64,000 nt of DNA from an uncultured Hyphomicrobiales bacterium (GCA_964606895.1 CAZSHX010000003.1:11921-75920); one strand, 5' to 3'. Positions 30,848 to 40,698 are shown, counted from the stretch's first letter. Notes: generated from the sequence alone by a model not told the origin. Program-made: numbers and translations.

Positions 30848-31207
30848 TTAAATTACGTCATCGTCGTCATCTATATCGTCTTCGTCATCGTCATCTTCGT
30901 CGAAAAGAGAGTCGAAATCTTGTTCGTAGCCTTCTTCTTCAAGTTCATCTTCAAATTCCTCGTCCAATTCTTCAATAATTTCGTCCTCGTCCAGTTCGTC
31001 AAAATCATCATCATCTAAATCATCGTCATCTTCTTCTTCATCATAAAGATCGTCTTCTTCCCATTTAGTTGGTGAGAGCATCATTGATAAAGAAAAGCCG
31101 TCGCTGTGGTCGAATGACAAGAAATCATCTGACTCGATTTCTCCAAAACTCATTTCATCTTGTTTCATTAAATCATCTCCAATTATTATCAAATTTTGTT
31201 TTCTCAA
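30848..31207 (-). CDS. Hyper-acidic low-complexity protein (C-terminal ~75 aa almost entirely D/E)
   Basis: 119-aa ORF between the GT2 gene and the hypothetical gene on the same strand. Long runs such as EEEDDDDLDDDDFDELDEDE and DEDDDDEDDIDDDDD. Confidence 0.5.
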   Translation of the reverse strand: MRKQNLIIIGDDLMKQDEMSFGEIESDDFLSFDHSDGFSLSMMLSPTKWEEDDLYDEEEDDDDLDDDDFDELDEDEIIEELDEEFEDELEEEGYEQDFDSLFDEDDDDEDDIDDDDDVI

Positions 31208-31291
31208 GAATTATTTATCGGATATTATTTCAAAAAATCAAATTAATATTTTAATAAACTGCAAAATTAAAAAAAAAAGAATTAAATCAAA

Positions 31292-32296
31292 TTATATTTT
31301 CATCAACTTGCTTTTTTCTATCGTTTCAATCAATTCCAATGCTTTCAGAATATCTTTCTTAGGAACAAGCTCAGAAGCAGAAACTTCTTTGGAACAATAG
31401 AGTTCTTTTGCTTTTTCAAATTCGTTCCTGAACAGCATGGAAGCGGCAAGAACATATTTTCTCAAACCTTCAAGCTGAAGGTCGGAGCATATAAAATCTG
31501 CATATTTCCCTACTGATTCGTAACTCCCTTCACTTAGAAAAATTTGTGCTAATCTTATTCGGGATTTTTCATAATGCTGAGGTATTACATCCGCCGATTC
31601 GAGAATTTTCAGATAATTGTCCTTTGCTATTTGGTTATGCCCATCTGTAAACTCAGTTTCTGCAAGATGGAACATAAGCCATGCATCATTTTCGTTTTGT
31701 TCAAGCTCTTTTTTAAGCAGTTTTCTGTTTCGTTCAATTTTTTCATCAGAATGTTCGGAATAGCCATAATGGATAATTTCAATATCCGATGGAATTATAT
31801 CATATCCTGCAGATTCAATGCTTTCGGCTATTTGTTCATGAATTGAACCTGAAAAACGAATTTTGGGATTATTTCTGAAAATTCTGGTATAAGTGTGAGC
31901 CGACTTTGCCGAATCAGGCTCATTCCCCAAAAAATTTGTTAACTTAACCTTTATTCCTCCAATGGATGGATTTTCAAATAAATTAAAATTCCTGATGAAA
32001 GAATTTGTCAGAAGTTCTTCGTCTGCATCAATCACTAAAACCCATTCGGTATGCATGAACCGAAGACCATAATTTCTTGCTTCGGAAAAATTATCCTGCC
32101 ATTTATGGAAATGGAGTTCTGCCCCATTCCTTTTGCAAATTGCAGGTGTACTGTCCAGAGAGCCTGTGTCAACCACAACAAGTTGACGGCAAATCGGCAA
32201 AACTGATTTGATTGCCCGTTCAATTGTTTTGGATGCATCTTTGACAATTATCGCAACTCCAAGGTCCGACTTATTCGAATTCGTATTATTATTCAT
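31292..32296 (-). CDS. Family 2 glycosyltransferase with a C-terminal helical (TPR-like) region
   Basis: GT2 N-terminal motifs (VAIIVKDASKTIERAI…VVVDTGSLDSTP…NFSEARNYGL). Paralogous to both GT2 modules of 43163..45472. Confidence 0.75.
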   Translation of the reverse strand: MNNNTNSNKSDLGVAIIVKDASKTIERAIKSVLPICRQLVVVDTGSLDSTPAICKRNGAELHFHKWQDNFSEARNYGLRFMHTEWVLVIDADEELLTNSFIRNFNLFENPSIGGIKVKLTNFLGNEPDSAKSAHTYTRIFRNNPKIRFSGSIHEQIAESIESAGYDIIPSDIEIIHYGYSEHSDEKIERNRKLLKKELEQNENDAWLMFHLAETEFTDGHNQIAKDNYLKILESADVIPQHYEKSRIRLAQIFLSEGSYESVGKYADFICSDLQLEGLRKYVLAASMLFRNEFEKAKELYCSKEVSASELVPKKDILKALELIETIEKSKLMKI

Positions 32297-32377
32297 ATAT
32301 TTTCAACAAAAACAATTTAAATGCGTCAAGAAAAATGTAATTTATAAAGTATTAAATTAATTAATTCTGTCGCCATT

Positions 32378-33700
32378 ATGAACTCTTTTTTAAAATTTCT
32401 GAAAATATTTTTTTTGTTCGCTTTTTTTATAGCTTTTTCATCCAATCTGAAGTCGCAGGAAAGGAACAGTGACAAAGCGGGTGCATTCAGTTTTGATGCC
32501 GTTGTTTTCAAATCCGACTCTGACAGTTTGGGAATAGTCGGCAGGCTGGATGTCTTTGCCATTGTACCGTTTCAGACTTTGGAATTTGTTAAAACAGGTG
32601 AATTGTATCTGGCAGGATATGAAATGATTATTAACATCAACGATAGTACAGGCAAGTTGGTCGAGACAAAGACCGTTAAGAAATCTATCCGCGAGAAAGA
32701 TTATTTCACGGCTCAGGGTGGTAACGGCAAATTTGATTACTCCCAGACAATTTTCGGACTGAAAGCCGGCAAATACGAGGTCGAAGCTGTTTTTACAGAC
32801 AGCTACAACCGAAAATCAAGCAGAAAAACAAGGGATGTGATTGTAACCGATTTCTCGAAATTCAATTTTACTCTTAGTGGAATGATGTTCGTAAGTTCGA
32901 TTGAAGAAAAGGGAAGCAGATTCGTTATCACTCCTCATGTTTCAGACAATGTTGGTGAACTGAAAGACGGATTTTTTGTATTTTACGAGACATATTCAAA
33001 ACTTTTGGACACAATTGATATTTTTTACGAAGTGCTTGACAAAAGCAACGAAGTGAAATTCAAAAGTCCTAAGCAAAGAATAAAGTGCACTGCTCCCTCG
33101 ATTCAGCATTACTTAAAGGTCAAACTTCCTGCTGAATTATCCCAAAACAACTATAAACTGCGTTTAATCGCTATAAAACCATCAAGTGGTGAAGAAGTCA
33201 GGACAAGCGATTATCTTGCCATCTCGGAAAGAACAATCAAGTTTTTCAGGGTTATCGGAAGTTTCGTAATGAACGATTTGGAAAAAGCAGTTCGTCAGTT
33301 AAAATATGTTGCAAACAGTTCTGAGCTTGATTATATTAAGGAAGCAAAAACTCCCGACGAAAAGCAGAGAAGGTTCGATGACTTTTGGAAGAATTTGGAC
33401 CCATCACCAAATACAGAGATAAACGAAGCATTTGAAGAGTATTATTCCAGAATCGAATATGCAAATCAGAATTTCCGTTCCTATACCGAAGGCTGGAACA
33501 CCGACAAAGGATTGGTTTTCATAGTTTACGGAAAGCCTTCAAATGTGGAACGAACAAACTCAACAAGCGATTCACGTGTTTACGAAAGATGGACTTACCA
33601 ATCCAACAGGCAGTACACTTTTGTTGACAACAGCGGTTTTGGGGAATTCAGACTCTACCAGCCTATGACTGTTACCGACAAATATAAATTCGAGAGATAG
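32378..33700 (+). CDS. Secreted protein with a C-terminal GWxTD-type domain
   Basis: Signal peptide. C-terminal GWNTDKGLVFIVYGKPSNVER…YERWTY matches the GWxTD domain signature. Function unknown. Confidence 0.5.
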   Translation: MNSFLKFLKIFFLFAFFIAFSSNLKSQERNSDKAGAFSFDAVVFKSDSDSLGIVGRLDVFAIVPFQTLEFVKTGELYLAGYEMIININDSTGKLVETKTVKKSIREKDYFTAQGGNGKFDYSQTIFGLKAGKYEVEAVFTDSYNRKSSRKTRDVIVTDFSKFNFTLSGMMFVSSIEEKGSRFVITPHVSDNVGELKDGFFVFYETYSKLLDTIDIFYEVLDKSNEVKFKSPKQRIKCTAPSIQHYLKVKLPAELSQNNYKLRLIAIKPSSGEEVRTSDYLAISERTIKFFRVIGSFVMNDLEKAVRQLKYVANSSELDYIKEAKTPDEKQRRFDDFWKNLDPSPNTEINEAFEEYYSRIEYANQNFRSYTEGWNTDKGLVFIVYGKPSNVERTNSTSDSRVYERWTYQSNRQYTFVDNSGFGEFRLYQPMTVTDKYKFER

Positions 33701-33784
33701 AAGAAATTAGGTAATGAAAAGATAAATGGTTAATTTAGATTGTAAGGATATGATAAAATACAAGAACTCATGAACGATTTTATC

Positions 33785-33890
33785 CGAGCAATTTATTTCA
33801 AATATGATGGTTGGGGGAAAAGTTGGGAATTGTGATAATGCAAAGCAGAAGTTGCATCTTTTTTACCTAAAAGATGCAAGAGATGCAATG
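33785..33890. repeat. Degenerate single copy of the hairpin-plus-box repeat core
   Basis: aatttatttcaaatatgatgg followed ~40 bp later by ttgcatcttttttacctaaaagatgcaagagatgcaa. Confidence 0.5.
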
Positions 33891-34065
33891 GGTCAAGTAT
33901 TATAACCAACAATAACCGTTGTCCTTATAAGAAAAATATATCCAAAAGGTACAGATGATATCCTAGGAAGACGATTCCTATAACTTCATTACATAATATG
34001 AAAGGATAAATAATGTTATATTTATAACTCCATTTTTTATTAATCATCCATTTCAAAAATAATCC

Positions 34066-37000
34066 TTATGGCGTATTCACCAGATTTACTAATTTAGTTA
34101 TACTTTTTGTGCCAGCAACAAGCCTTAAAACATATACTCCGCTTGAAAGATTATTGAAATCATCAGATTCATTCAACTGAACTTTTTGGTCTCCTTTGTC
34201 AAAATAACCATTTGAGATTGTAGTAATTTCATTTCCTGCTAAATCATACAAAACCAATCGGATATATGCCGCATCAGTTAAATTGAATATAATATTTGAA
34301 TTTCGGTTTGCAGGATTTGGAATAATATCAAAATATCCGATTATACTATTAATTCCAAATAAATCATCAACACTCTTCGGTGTTTCACCTAAACCGGATA
34401 GTGCTATTGAATCCACAGACAGATTGCTTGTAATCCTTATAATGCTGTTATACTGAATACCATTAGTCGGGGAGAATCTTGCACCTATATTTGCTGTATC
34501 GCCTGGTGCAATATTGACATTTGATCTTAAAACAGAAAATGCAGGAGAAAAGGTTCTCATATTGCTTATTTTTAGAGTATCAGTACCAACATTACCAATA
34601 ATAAAAGCGGAATCTTTGGTTTTACCTGTTTCGATGGTTCCAAAATTTATTGACCTGACACTCAAAGTCATTTTAGGAACAGAAACATTAACTCCGAGTC
34701 CGGTTCCTTTTATCGTGTCGTTTGATGCATTACTGAACACCGAAAACAAACAAGACAACTGACCGTTTGATTTCGGAGAAAATGAAAGAGTTAAATTTGA
34801 CGAATCTCCGGGTAATATTGTCAGATTGGTTGTCGTGCTTGAAAATGAAGTGGAATTTGAACGAATCATTGAAATAATCAAAGTATCTTGTCCAATATTT
34901 TTTACAGGTATTAATGTATCCTTGGTTTGACCGCCTTCAACACTTCCGAAATCAACATCTTTTGAGGACAAGAGCATTTTCGGATATTTAAAATTAATAC
35001 CTTCGCCGCTGACATTAATGCTGTCAGGATATGTATTACTGGCAATTCGGAAAGTACCTTTGACAATTCCCTGGGCATTAGGGGTAAATCTTATCGCCAA
35101 GGAATAGGAAGAACCCGGAGCCACATTGAATGCCCTGATTGGAGCACTAAAAACTCCATTGGTTGAAGTAATATTGGTAACGCGTAAAGTATCTTTTCCA
35201 GTGTTATTGACTTTAATACTTGAATCTTTGGAAGTGCCTTGGGAAACCTGACCAAAATCTAAAACTTTAGAACTTAGAGTCATAACAGGAAGTTTGATGG
35301 GTGCGGCATTCAATTTGAAAGCTCCTCTGGCACAATATGCATACATTGAATTACCATTCCCCATTAGTCCTCTGACTGCAACGCTGTCCAATCCGGCATA
35401 CTTCCATGTTGTACCCAAATCATCCGAAACATAAACACCCCAACTTGTTCCGTTGTAGTAAACAGGGGTGAAGTTGACATAAAGAGCACCTGTAGAATCA
35501 AAAGCCAATGTAGCTATATCCGTTGATGAAAAAGGAGGTAATGGTATACTTTTCCATGAATTTTCTGTAATATCCTGTGAATATAAGGAAGAAACACCAA
35601 GTTTATTTATCAATGAACCTGCGAACATTTTTCCTTTTGAGTTTACCGTGAAAGTATTTATAAGTGCATCACCCAAACCTGAAGTATCCGGAACCCAATT
35701 CCCGCCAACAAATTGATTTTTTTTGAAAACAGCTGGCTGCAGAATTTGTTGTCCGGTATAGGAGAATGTACTAAAAAATAAATTTGATTTGGCATCAGAG
35801 CCAAAATTAGCTAATACTTTAAATTGGTTAGTTCCTGCGGCTGTTAAGTTTGCTCCGGTAGTATCAGGATTCCATTCAGCAAAAGGAGTTCTTGAATATA
35901 TTCTTATCGGGTTAGTACCCGAAGAAGTCAAACCAAAATGCTGATTTGAGAATTCATCCACGAAAAATGCCGTAGCAAAGAACCCGGTGGAAACAGGTAC
36001 AATTGAAATACCCAAAGTATCATAATTCCAAGTAACTCCCGCATCGGTACTCTTCAGCACATTTGCCTGATGAGTCTGTCCGGTTCCTGAAGCAGTTTCC
36101 TGCATAAATAAATTGCCGAACATATCCCTTTTGATGATTTTACCACTTAAAAACCCGGTTTGGGGATACCTCTTTATCCAGTCACTTGTTGAACTTGACT
36201 GCGAATAGACACCAAAACCGGTACTTACAACTGCTTTCTCATTTCCAAGAAAGTGGAGGCTGTAAATATTTTCGGACATAATTCCAGCATAAGCAGGCGA
36301 ACAATTATCACCTGAAGTTAAACTTGAATAAACGCAATAGTTAGTTGCGGCTTCAAGGGTTGAATCTCCCCGGACATCATTATAAACGAGAGTTGTACCA
36401 ACTGAATTACGCAAATTTGTATCTATTCTAATCCATGCGGGTTCAGAGGTTTTTTTGCGATATAAAGTTGTGGATTGATTTCCACCCATAGCATATTTTG
36501 TTCCATAGCTGTCATCCCCGAAACGAGTTACACTGAAGTTGCCAAATCCGGTTGTATCTCGGCTCCATGTTGTCCCATTATCAATTGAAAGAAATGGACC
36601 CTTTGTGCTTGTTGCCACATAAAGTCCGGAGTTGTTGCGACAGTTGAAGATTGTTAAGCAGTTTAAAGTTGAATCGAATGAATTTACTTTTGTCCATTGG
36701 CTTGAAGTATCAATAATACTATAAACTCCTTTTGAAGTAGCGGCAATTACAGTATTATTATTCAAAAAGCATATATCGGAAACCGTAATATTTTTCAAAC
36801 CCAAGGTATCGGCAAACCAACCGTTGTTATCCTTGCGGTTGACCCAAACTCTGCTGTTATTCAGAAGGAATGCGAAATTTGAACTGATTAATTTTTTGGG
36901 GCGGATAGATGTTGTCCCAGGACCAGGAAAAATTTTTGTAGTTTCGAAAGTTTGATTCAAAGGATTGAATGTGAAGTATAAGGTTGTTGCATTATCAAGA

Positions 37001-37368
37001 AGAACCCACAGAGTACGCTTTTTCCCTGTTTCACCATATTGAAAGTTCATATCAGTAATGGTTCTGCCCGGATCGGTCTGATACAAAAATTTGCTTTTGG
37101 ACCATCCGATGTTATCCCAATTTTTTGAGGAATAGATAGAAGTATTTGTGCAGACAATACGATACTGAATTCCATCAACAGTAGCAATTGAGAGCCTTCT
37201 GGTTTGCTCGCCGTCTGCCGTTGGGAATCTTTGAGAATATAAGTTAGTAGCAATAAATAGTAACATGCAAACAATTACTATTCGAGAAAAAAATGTATAA
37301 AGTTTTCGCATATCCTTAGCTCCTGATAAATAAAAATAAAAAGTCAACTTTGTTTTACAAATAAACAA
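34066..37368 (-). CDS. Large secreted T9SS cargo protein: N-terminal beta-propeller-like region, four choice-of-anchor-D/ASH-like Ig repeats, C-terminal T9SS sorting domain
   Basis: Four repeats of LDFG.V..G.SKD..I.V.N.G.DTL.V.NI motifs. C-terminal Por tail (…GVYVLRLVAGTKSITKLVNLV). The likely start is the internal Met at ~37311, followed by a signal peptide. Confidence 0.7.
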   Translation of the reverse strand: MFICKTKLTFYFYLSGAKDMRKLYTFFSRIVIVCMLLFIATNLYSQRFPTADGEQTRRLSIATVDGIQYRIVCTNTSIYSSKNWDNIGWSKSKFLYQTDPGRTITDMNFQYGETGKKRTLWVLLDNATTLYFTFNPLNQTFETTKIFPGPGTTSIRPKKLISSNFAFLLNNSRVWVNRKDNNGWFADTLGLKNITVSDICFLNNNTVIAATSKGVYSIIDTSSQWTKVNSFDSTLNCLTIFNCRNNSGLYVATSTKGPFLSIDNGTTWSRDTTGFGNFSVTRFGDDSYGTKYAMGGNQSTTLYRKKTSEPAWIRIDTNLRNSVGTTLVYNDVRGDSTLEAATNYCVYSSLTSGDNCSPAYAGIMSENIYSLHFLGNEKAVVSTGFGVYSQSSSTSDWIKRYPQTGFLSGKIIKRDMFGNLFMQETASGTGQTHQANVLKSTDAGVTWNYDTLGISIVPVSTGFFATAFFVDEFSNQHFGLTSSGTNPIRIYSRTPFAEWNPDTTGANLTAAGTNQFKVLANFGSDAKSNLFFSTFSYTGQQILQPAVFKKNQFVGGNWVPDTSGLGDALINTFTVNSKGKMFAGSLINKLGVSSLYSQDITENSWKSIPLPPFSSTDIATLAFDSTGALYVNFTPVYYNGTSWGVYVSDDLGTTWKYAGLDSVAVRGLMGNGNSMYAYCARGAFKLNAAPIKLPVMTLSSKVLDFGQVSQGTSKDSSIKVNNTGKDTLRVTNITSTNGVFSAPIRAFNVAPGSSYSLAIRFTPNAQGIVKGTFRIASNTYPDSINVSGEGINFKYPKMLLSSKDVDFGSVEGGQTKDTLIPVKNIGQDTLIISMIRSNSTSFSSTTTNLTILPGDSSNLTLSFSPKSNGQLSCLFSVFSNASNDTIKGTGLGVNVSVPKMTLSVRSINFGTIETGKTKDSAFIIGNVGTDTLKISNMRTFSPAFSVLRSNVNIAPGDTANIGARFSPTNGIQYNSIIRITSNLSVDSIALSGLGETPKSVDDLFGINSIIGYFDIIPNPANRNSNIIFNLTDAAYIRLVLYDLAGNEITTISNGYFDKGDQKVQLNESDDFNNLSSGVYVLRLVAGTKSITKLVNLVNTP

Positions 37369-37637
37369 ATTAGTTTTAACTAAACAAAATAATATTTTTT
37401 ATATTGTAAAAATTTGATTTTTTTTAGATTTTACCGACGATATTTTATTTCCAATCATTTCATTCTGATAATATGCAGGACAGTAGGTAATACCAAGCCT
37501 TATTCTTTCTTGTAATTATCTTTCTCAAAACGAAGAATCAATTTTAAGTTTCAAAATGTGCAATTAATCCTTCGAAGGCAAAGAACACGAAATAGCAAGC
37601 CCAATTTAACAATTAGGAGCTTTAACTTTACAATCGC

Positions 37638-38351
37638 CTAATAGCCTGTAGATAAAGACAAAAACTGAAAAACAAGCAAAAATTCCGATAATTTCAGAAA
37701 AACACGTTTTGTGAAAAAGAAATAAAATATGAGGCTGAAATTGTCTAATAATCGAATTTGAAAACGCCAAATGCAGTTGAGAATCCAAGATAAGAAGAAA
37801 TTTGAGTTGGCAAGGGACTGTTTAGGTGTTCCAATGCCGAATAACTTTCTCATAAGAAGAGAAAGGTTGTAGCTCGCCACAGCGATTCTATATCGCTTCA
37901 GTATGTTTTCGTTTTTGCTAAGAGTGGTTCTTTGCTGACCGCCTGAGTCAAGTACTTGAGCAAAACTTCGCTCAACCTGCGATCCGCGTAGTCCCAGAAG
38001 TGCCTTACCTTCCTTGCTTTTTACTTCGGCTTTTGCGAAACGCAGTGGTATTCTTTCTTCAATAGTAAGCTTTTCCAGATTACGATTGTAAATGAAGTCG
38101 GGAATTACTGTCATAACGTCCATATCATGAATTGCTTGAATCTCAGTCGCTTTAAAATATCCTTTGTCCGATGTAACTGTCTGAATCTGTAAAACAGTTG
38201 TAGGGTCTTCAGCTATGTCGTTAAGTCTGATCTGGGCATTAATAATACGTTCGGAAAGCTCGCTTGAATCGGCTTGATTACAGTGAAGCATGTTTACTTC
38301 TATTATTGCACCTGTGACAGGGGCAACATTAAGGTCAAATTTTGAGTTCAT
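37638..38351 (-). CDS. DDE transposase (IS4/IS5 type; short, possibly catalytic core only)
   Basis: DxGY motif (TSDKGYF) and R-x3-E-x6-K-like C1 region (RGSQVERSFAQV). The ORF runs into the terminal IR. Confidence 0.65.
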   Translation of the reverse strand: MNSKFDLNVAPVTGAIIEVNMLHCNQADSSELSERIINAQIRLNDIAEDPTTVLQIQTVTSDKGYFKATEIQAIHDMDVMTVIPDFIYNRNLEKLTIEERIPLRFAKAEVKSKEGKALLGLRGSQVERSFAQVLDSGGQQRTTLSKNENILKRYRIAVASYNLSLLMRKLFGIGTPKQSLANSNFFLSWILNCIWRFQIRLLDNFSLIFYFFFTKRVFLKLSEFLLVFQFLSLSTGY

Positions 38352-38491
38352 GAGTGGGAATCCACATTGATGTTTGTTTTGGTATCTTTTTCTTCTTAAT
38401 CATTATGATCTTCGATATTTGTTATATATTTTATACCATTAAGACTTAAATCGTGTTTATTGTTGTATTGATTAATCAACAGGCTCTTAAA
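37638..38491 (-). mobile_element. IS element, 854 bp, IS4/IS5-superfamily (IS1031-group-like size), copy 1
   Basis: 100% identical to 55188..56041. Imperfect terminal IRs TAATAGCCTGTAGAT / TAAGAGCCTGTTGAT. Both copies are flanked by TAA (TNA-type target duplication, or the element termini). Single transposase ORF. Confidence 0.75.
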
Positions 38492-38651
38492 CTCTTCAAC
38501 AATAAAGCAACTAAAACCTCAACTCTTTGAAATACATAATTCTTCTCTTCCGTACAGGACGGAACTTCTTGGGCAGTTTTTTTTTCTACCGAGCTTTTGT
38601 CACTACGTCACAATGAAAATTGTTGATTATCGAGGATTGAGCTTGGGAATG

Positions 38652-38804
38652 TCTGAATCGCAGATTATTTGGTTTAAAGGATTCCACGGATTTTCAAGAA
38701 TATATTGGAAAGATGTCCTACATGTGCCAGATGTAGGACATCTGATAAACATATCCTCTTAATCCCGAAATCCTTTTAATCAGTGATTCAGAAATTTGAA
38801 TTGG
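38652..38804. repeat. MITE-like element (ctgaatcgcagatt … aatcagtgattcagaa TIRs) containing a nested 12-bp-stem hairpin
   Basis: TIR similarity to 17372-17475. Internal hairpin gatgtcctacatgtgccagatgtaggacatc, also found at 43064. Confidence 0.5.
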
Positions 38805-38888
38805 TATTAAAAATTATTGATTATTTCAAAAAAAAAGTCCGGCACTTTTTCAAATGCACGACTTTTTAAGATTTATTTAAAAGAATAA

Positions 38889-40505
38889 TTATCTTGGTTC
38901 CATCTCAATCACTGGAATAATCATTTCTTCGAGCGAAATGCCGCCGTGCTGGAAACTGTCGCGGTATTTCTGAAGATAAAAATGAAAATCAGTAGGATAG
39001 ACAAAATAATAATCTTCCTTTGCAATGATGTTATTAACCGTCAATCCTAATCGGGGAAGCCTGAAATCCGTCGGGTCTTTGATTGACATCGCATGGCGGT
39101 CGTCTGCCTTAACATTCTTCCCGAATTTATAGCGGAGACATGTTGAAGTGTCCTTGTCGCCGATAACCTTAACGCCCCGCATACAGCGAATCGAACCGTG
39201 GTCGGTGGTTAGAACGATTTTAACATTTTTAATTTCCGAAATTGCTTTCAGCATTCCAAACAATGATGAATGCTGGAACCACGACTGAGTCAGCGAGCGG
39301 TAAGCAGGTTCATCTGGTGCAATTTCTTTCAGAATGGCATAGTCCGAACGCGAATGGGCAATCATATCAACCGAATTAACAACAATCGAAGTCAGATGGT
39401 TGTTTGCATATTTCATAATTTCGGATTCGACTTTCTTACCAAATTCTGTATCATGAATTTTGACATAAGCAGTGTTAGTTTTTAACTTTACTCTTTTTCT
39501 TTTCAACTGCTCGTCCAAAAGTTCCTTTTCAAAAGAATTCAGCTTATGTTCTTCGGTATTCATTTCATTAATCCAATATTGCGGATAATTTTTTTGAATA
39601 TCGGCAGGATAGAGTCCTGCAAAAATTGAATTTCTTGCATAAGGGGTAGCTGTGGGCAAAATCGCTGAATAATAATCTTTTTTGAATGTGTAAAATGGAC
39701 GGAGAAGTTCTTCCATCATGAGCCACTGGTCAACACGAAGGCAGTCAATCACGAAAAAGAAAACAGGGTCGCCCGATTTGAGATGAGGCACAAGAAATTT
39801 TTCGACAATATCAGGCGAAAACACAGGTTTGTCTTCATTATCTTTTGAAAAAATCCAATCCTTATAGTTGTCTTCAACAAATTTGGAATAAGCCGAATTG
39901 CACTCTCGCCACTGGTCCAGAAGTGTCTGCTGGAAACCAAGCTGAGGAAAACGGTCCAGTTCTATTGACCAGTTAACCAGCTTCAGATAAATATCACGCC
40001 AGTCTTCCCAGTATAATCTGTCGTAAAGTCGTTGGGTGATCTCGGTAAAGCCCTGCAAATATCTTTGAGTAATAGATTCCTGACTAATGCGGTCGGACTC
40101 GAGAAATTTCTTGCAAGCGGCAAGAATTTGAGTCGGATTTACAGGTTTTGTAAGATAATCGTCAATTTTTTTACCGATTGCATCTTCCATAACGCTTTCT
40201 GCTTCATTTTTGGTAACCATAACGACAGGCGTGGAAGGGTCAATCTCTTTCAGAACAGGCAGGGCATCAAGCCCGCTCATGCCAATCATTGACTCATCGA
40301 GGAAAGTCAGGTCGTAATGGTTATGCCTGTAAAGCTCGATGGCATCCTCACCGTTTGTGGCGGTAGAGACTGTGTAGCCGCGTTGTTCGAGTAAAAATAT
40401 ATGAGGCTTCAAAAGCTCAATTTCATCATCTATCCAAAGAATCTTACCTTTGGTTTGTTCCATTTTAATAACTCCAGAAAATTGATAAAAAAAACGGAGT
40501 AGCAA
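38889..40505 (-). CDS. porX: PorX-type response regulator: CheY-like receiver domain fused to a PglZ/alkaline-phosphatase-superfamily effector domain
   Basis: N-terminal REC domain (ILWIDDE…D at FLDESM…VVMVTK). C-terminal ~400-aa domain carries AP-superfamily metal-site-like motifs (FVIDCLRVD, VVNSVDMIAHS, TTDHGS). About 525 aa from the likely start, as in P. gingivalis PorX. Confidence 0.65.
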   Translation of the reverse strand: MLLRFFYQFSGVIKMEQTKGKILWIDDEIELLKPHIFLLEQRGYTVSTATNGEDAIELYRHNHYDLTFLDESMIGMSGLDALPVLKEIDPSTPVVMVTKNEAESVMEDAIGKKIDDYLTKPVNPTQILAACKKFLESDRISQESITQRYLQGFTEITQRLYDRLYWEDWRDIYLKLVNWSIELDRFPQLGFQQTLLDQWRECNSAYSKFVEDNYKDWIFSKDNEDKPVFSPDIVEKFLVPHLKSGDPVFFFVIDCLRVDQWLMMEELLRPFYTFKKDYYSAILPTATPYARNSIFAGLYPADIQKNYPQYWINEMNTEEHKLNSFEKELLDEQLKRKRVKLKTNTAYVKIHDTEFGKKVESEIMKYANNHLTSIVVNSVDMIAHSRSDYAILKEIAPDEPAYRSLTQSWFQHSSLFGMLKAISEIKNVKIVLTTDHGSIRCMRGVKVIGDKDTSTCLRYKFGKNVKADDRHAMSIKDPTDFRLPRLGLTVNNIIAKEDYYFVYPTDFHFYLQKYRDSFQHGGISLEEMIIPVIEMEPR

Positions 40506-40698
40506 TTTTTGGCAGAGTAATTTTTTTCATTAGTTAAACATTCTATTCGTTCAATGTGAAGTAATAAGCCTGATTTTATTTTATAAAGCATGATTTTCCA
40601 ATAAAAACAGTACTTCTTCTTTTATAGAGTCTGAAAATATATTATTTTGCAAATTCTATTTGAAACAAATATTTAATAAATAAATTCAGGTTATTATT

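Noticed and set aside
30848-31207. Dismissing the hyper-acidic ORF as a pure artefact
   Set aside because: Considered, but it occupies a clean gap between co-directional genes with proper spacing. I kept it as a low-confidence CDS rather than rejecting it.
37606-37788. 60-aa ORF at the IS terminus (duplicated at 55156..55338)
   Set aside because: It overlaps the transposase 3' end in another frame and extends past the IR. Spurious.
38889-40505. PglZ domain as a BREX defence component
   Set aside because: The PglZ-like domain is fused to a CheY receiver at PorX length (~530 aa). No pglX/brxC/brxL-like genes are adjacent. It fits the T9SS regulator family, not BREX.
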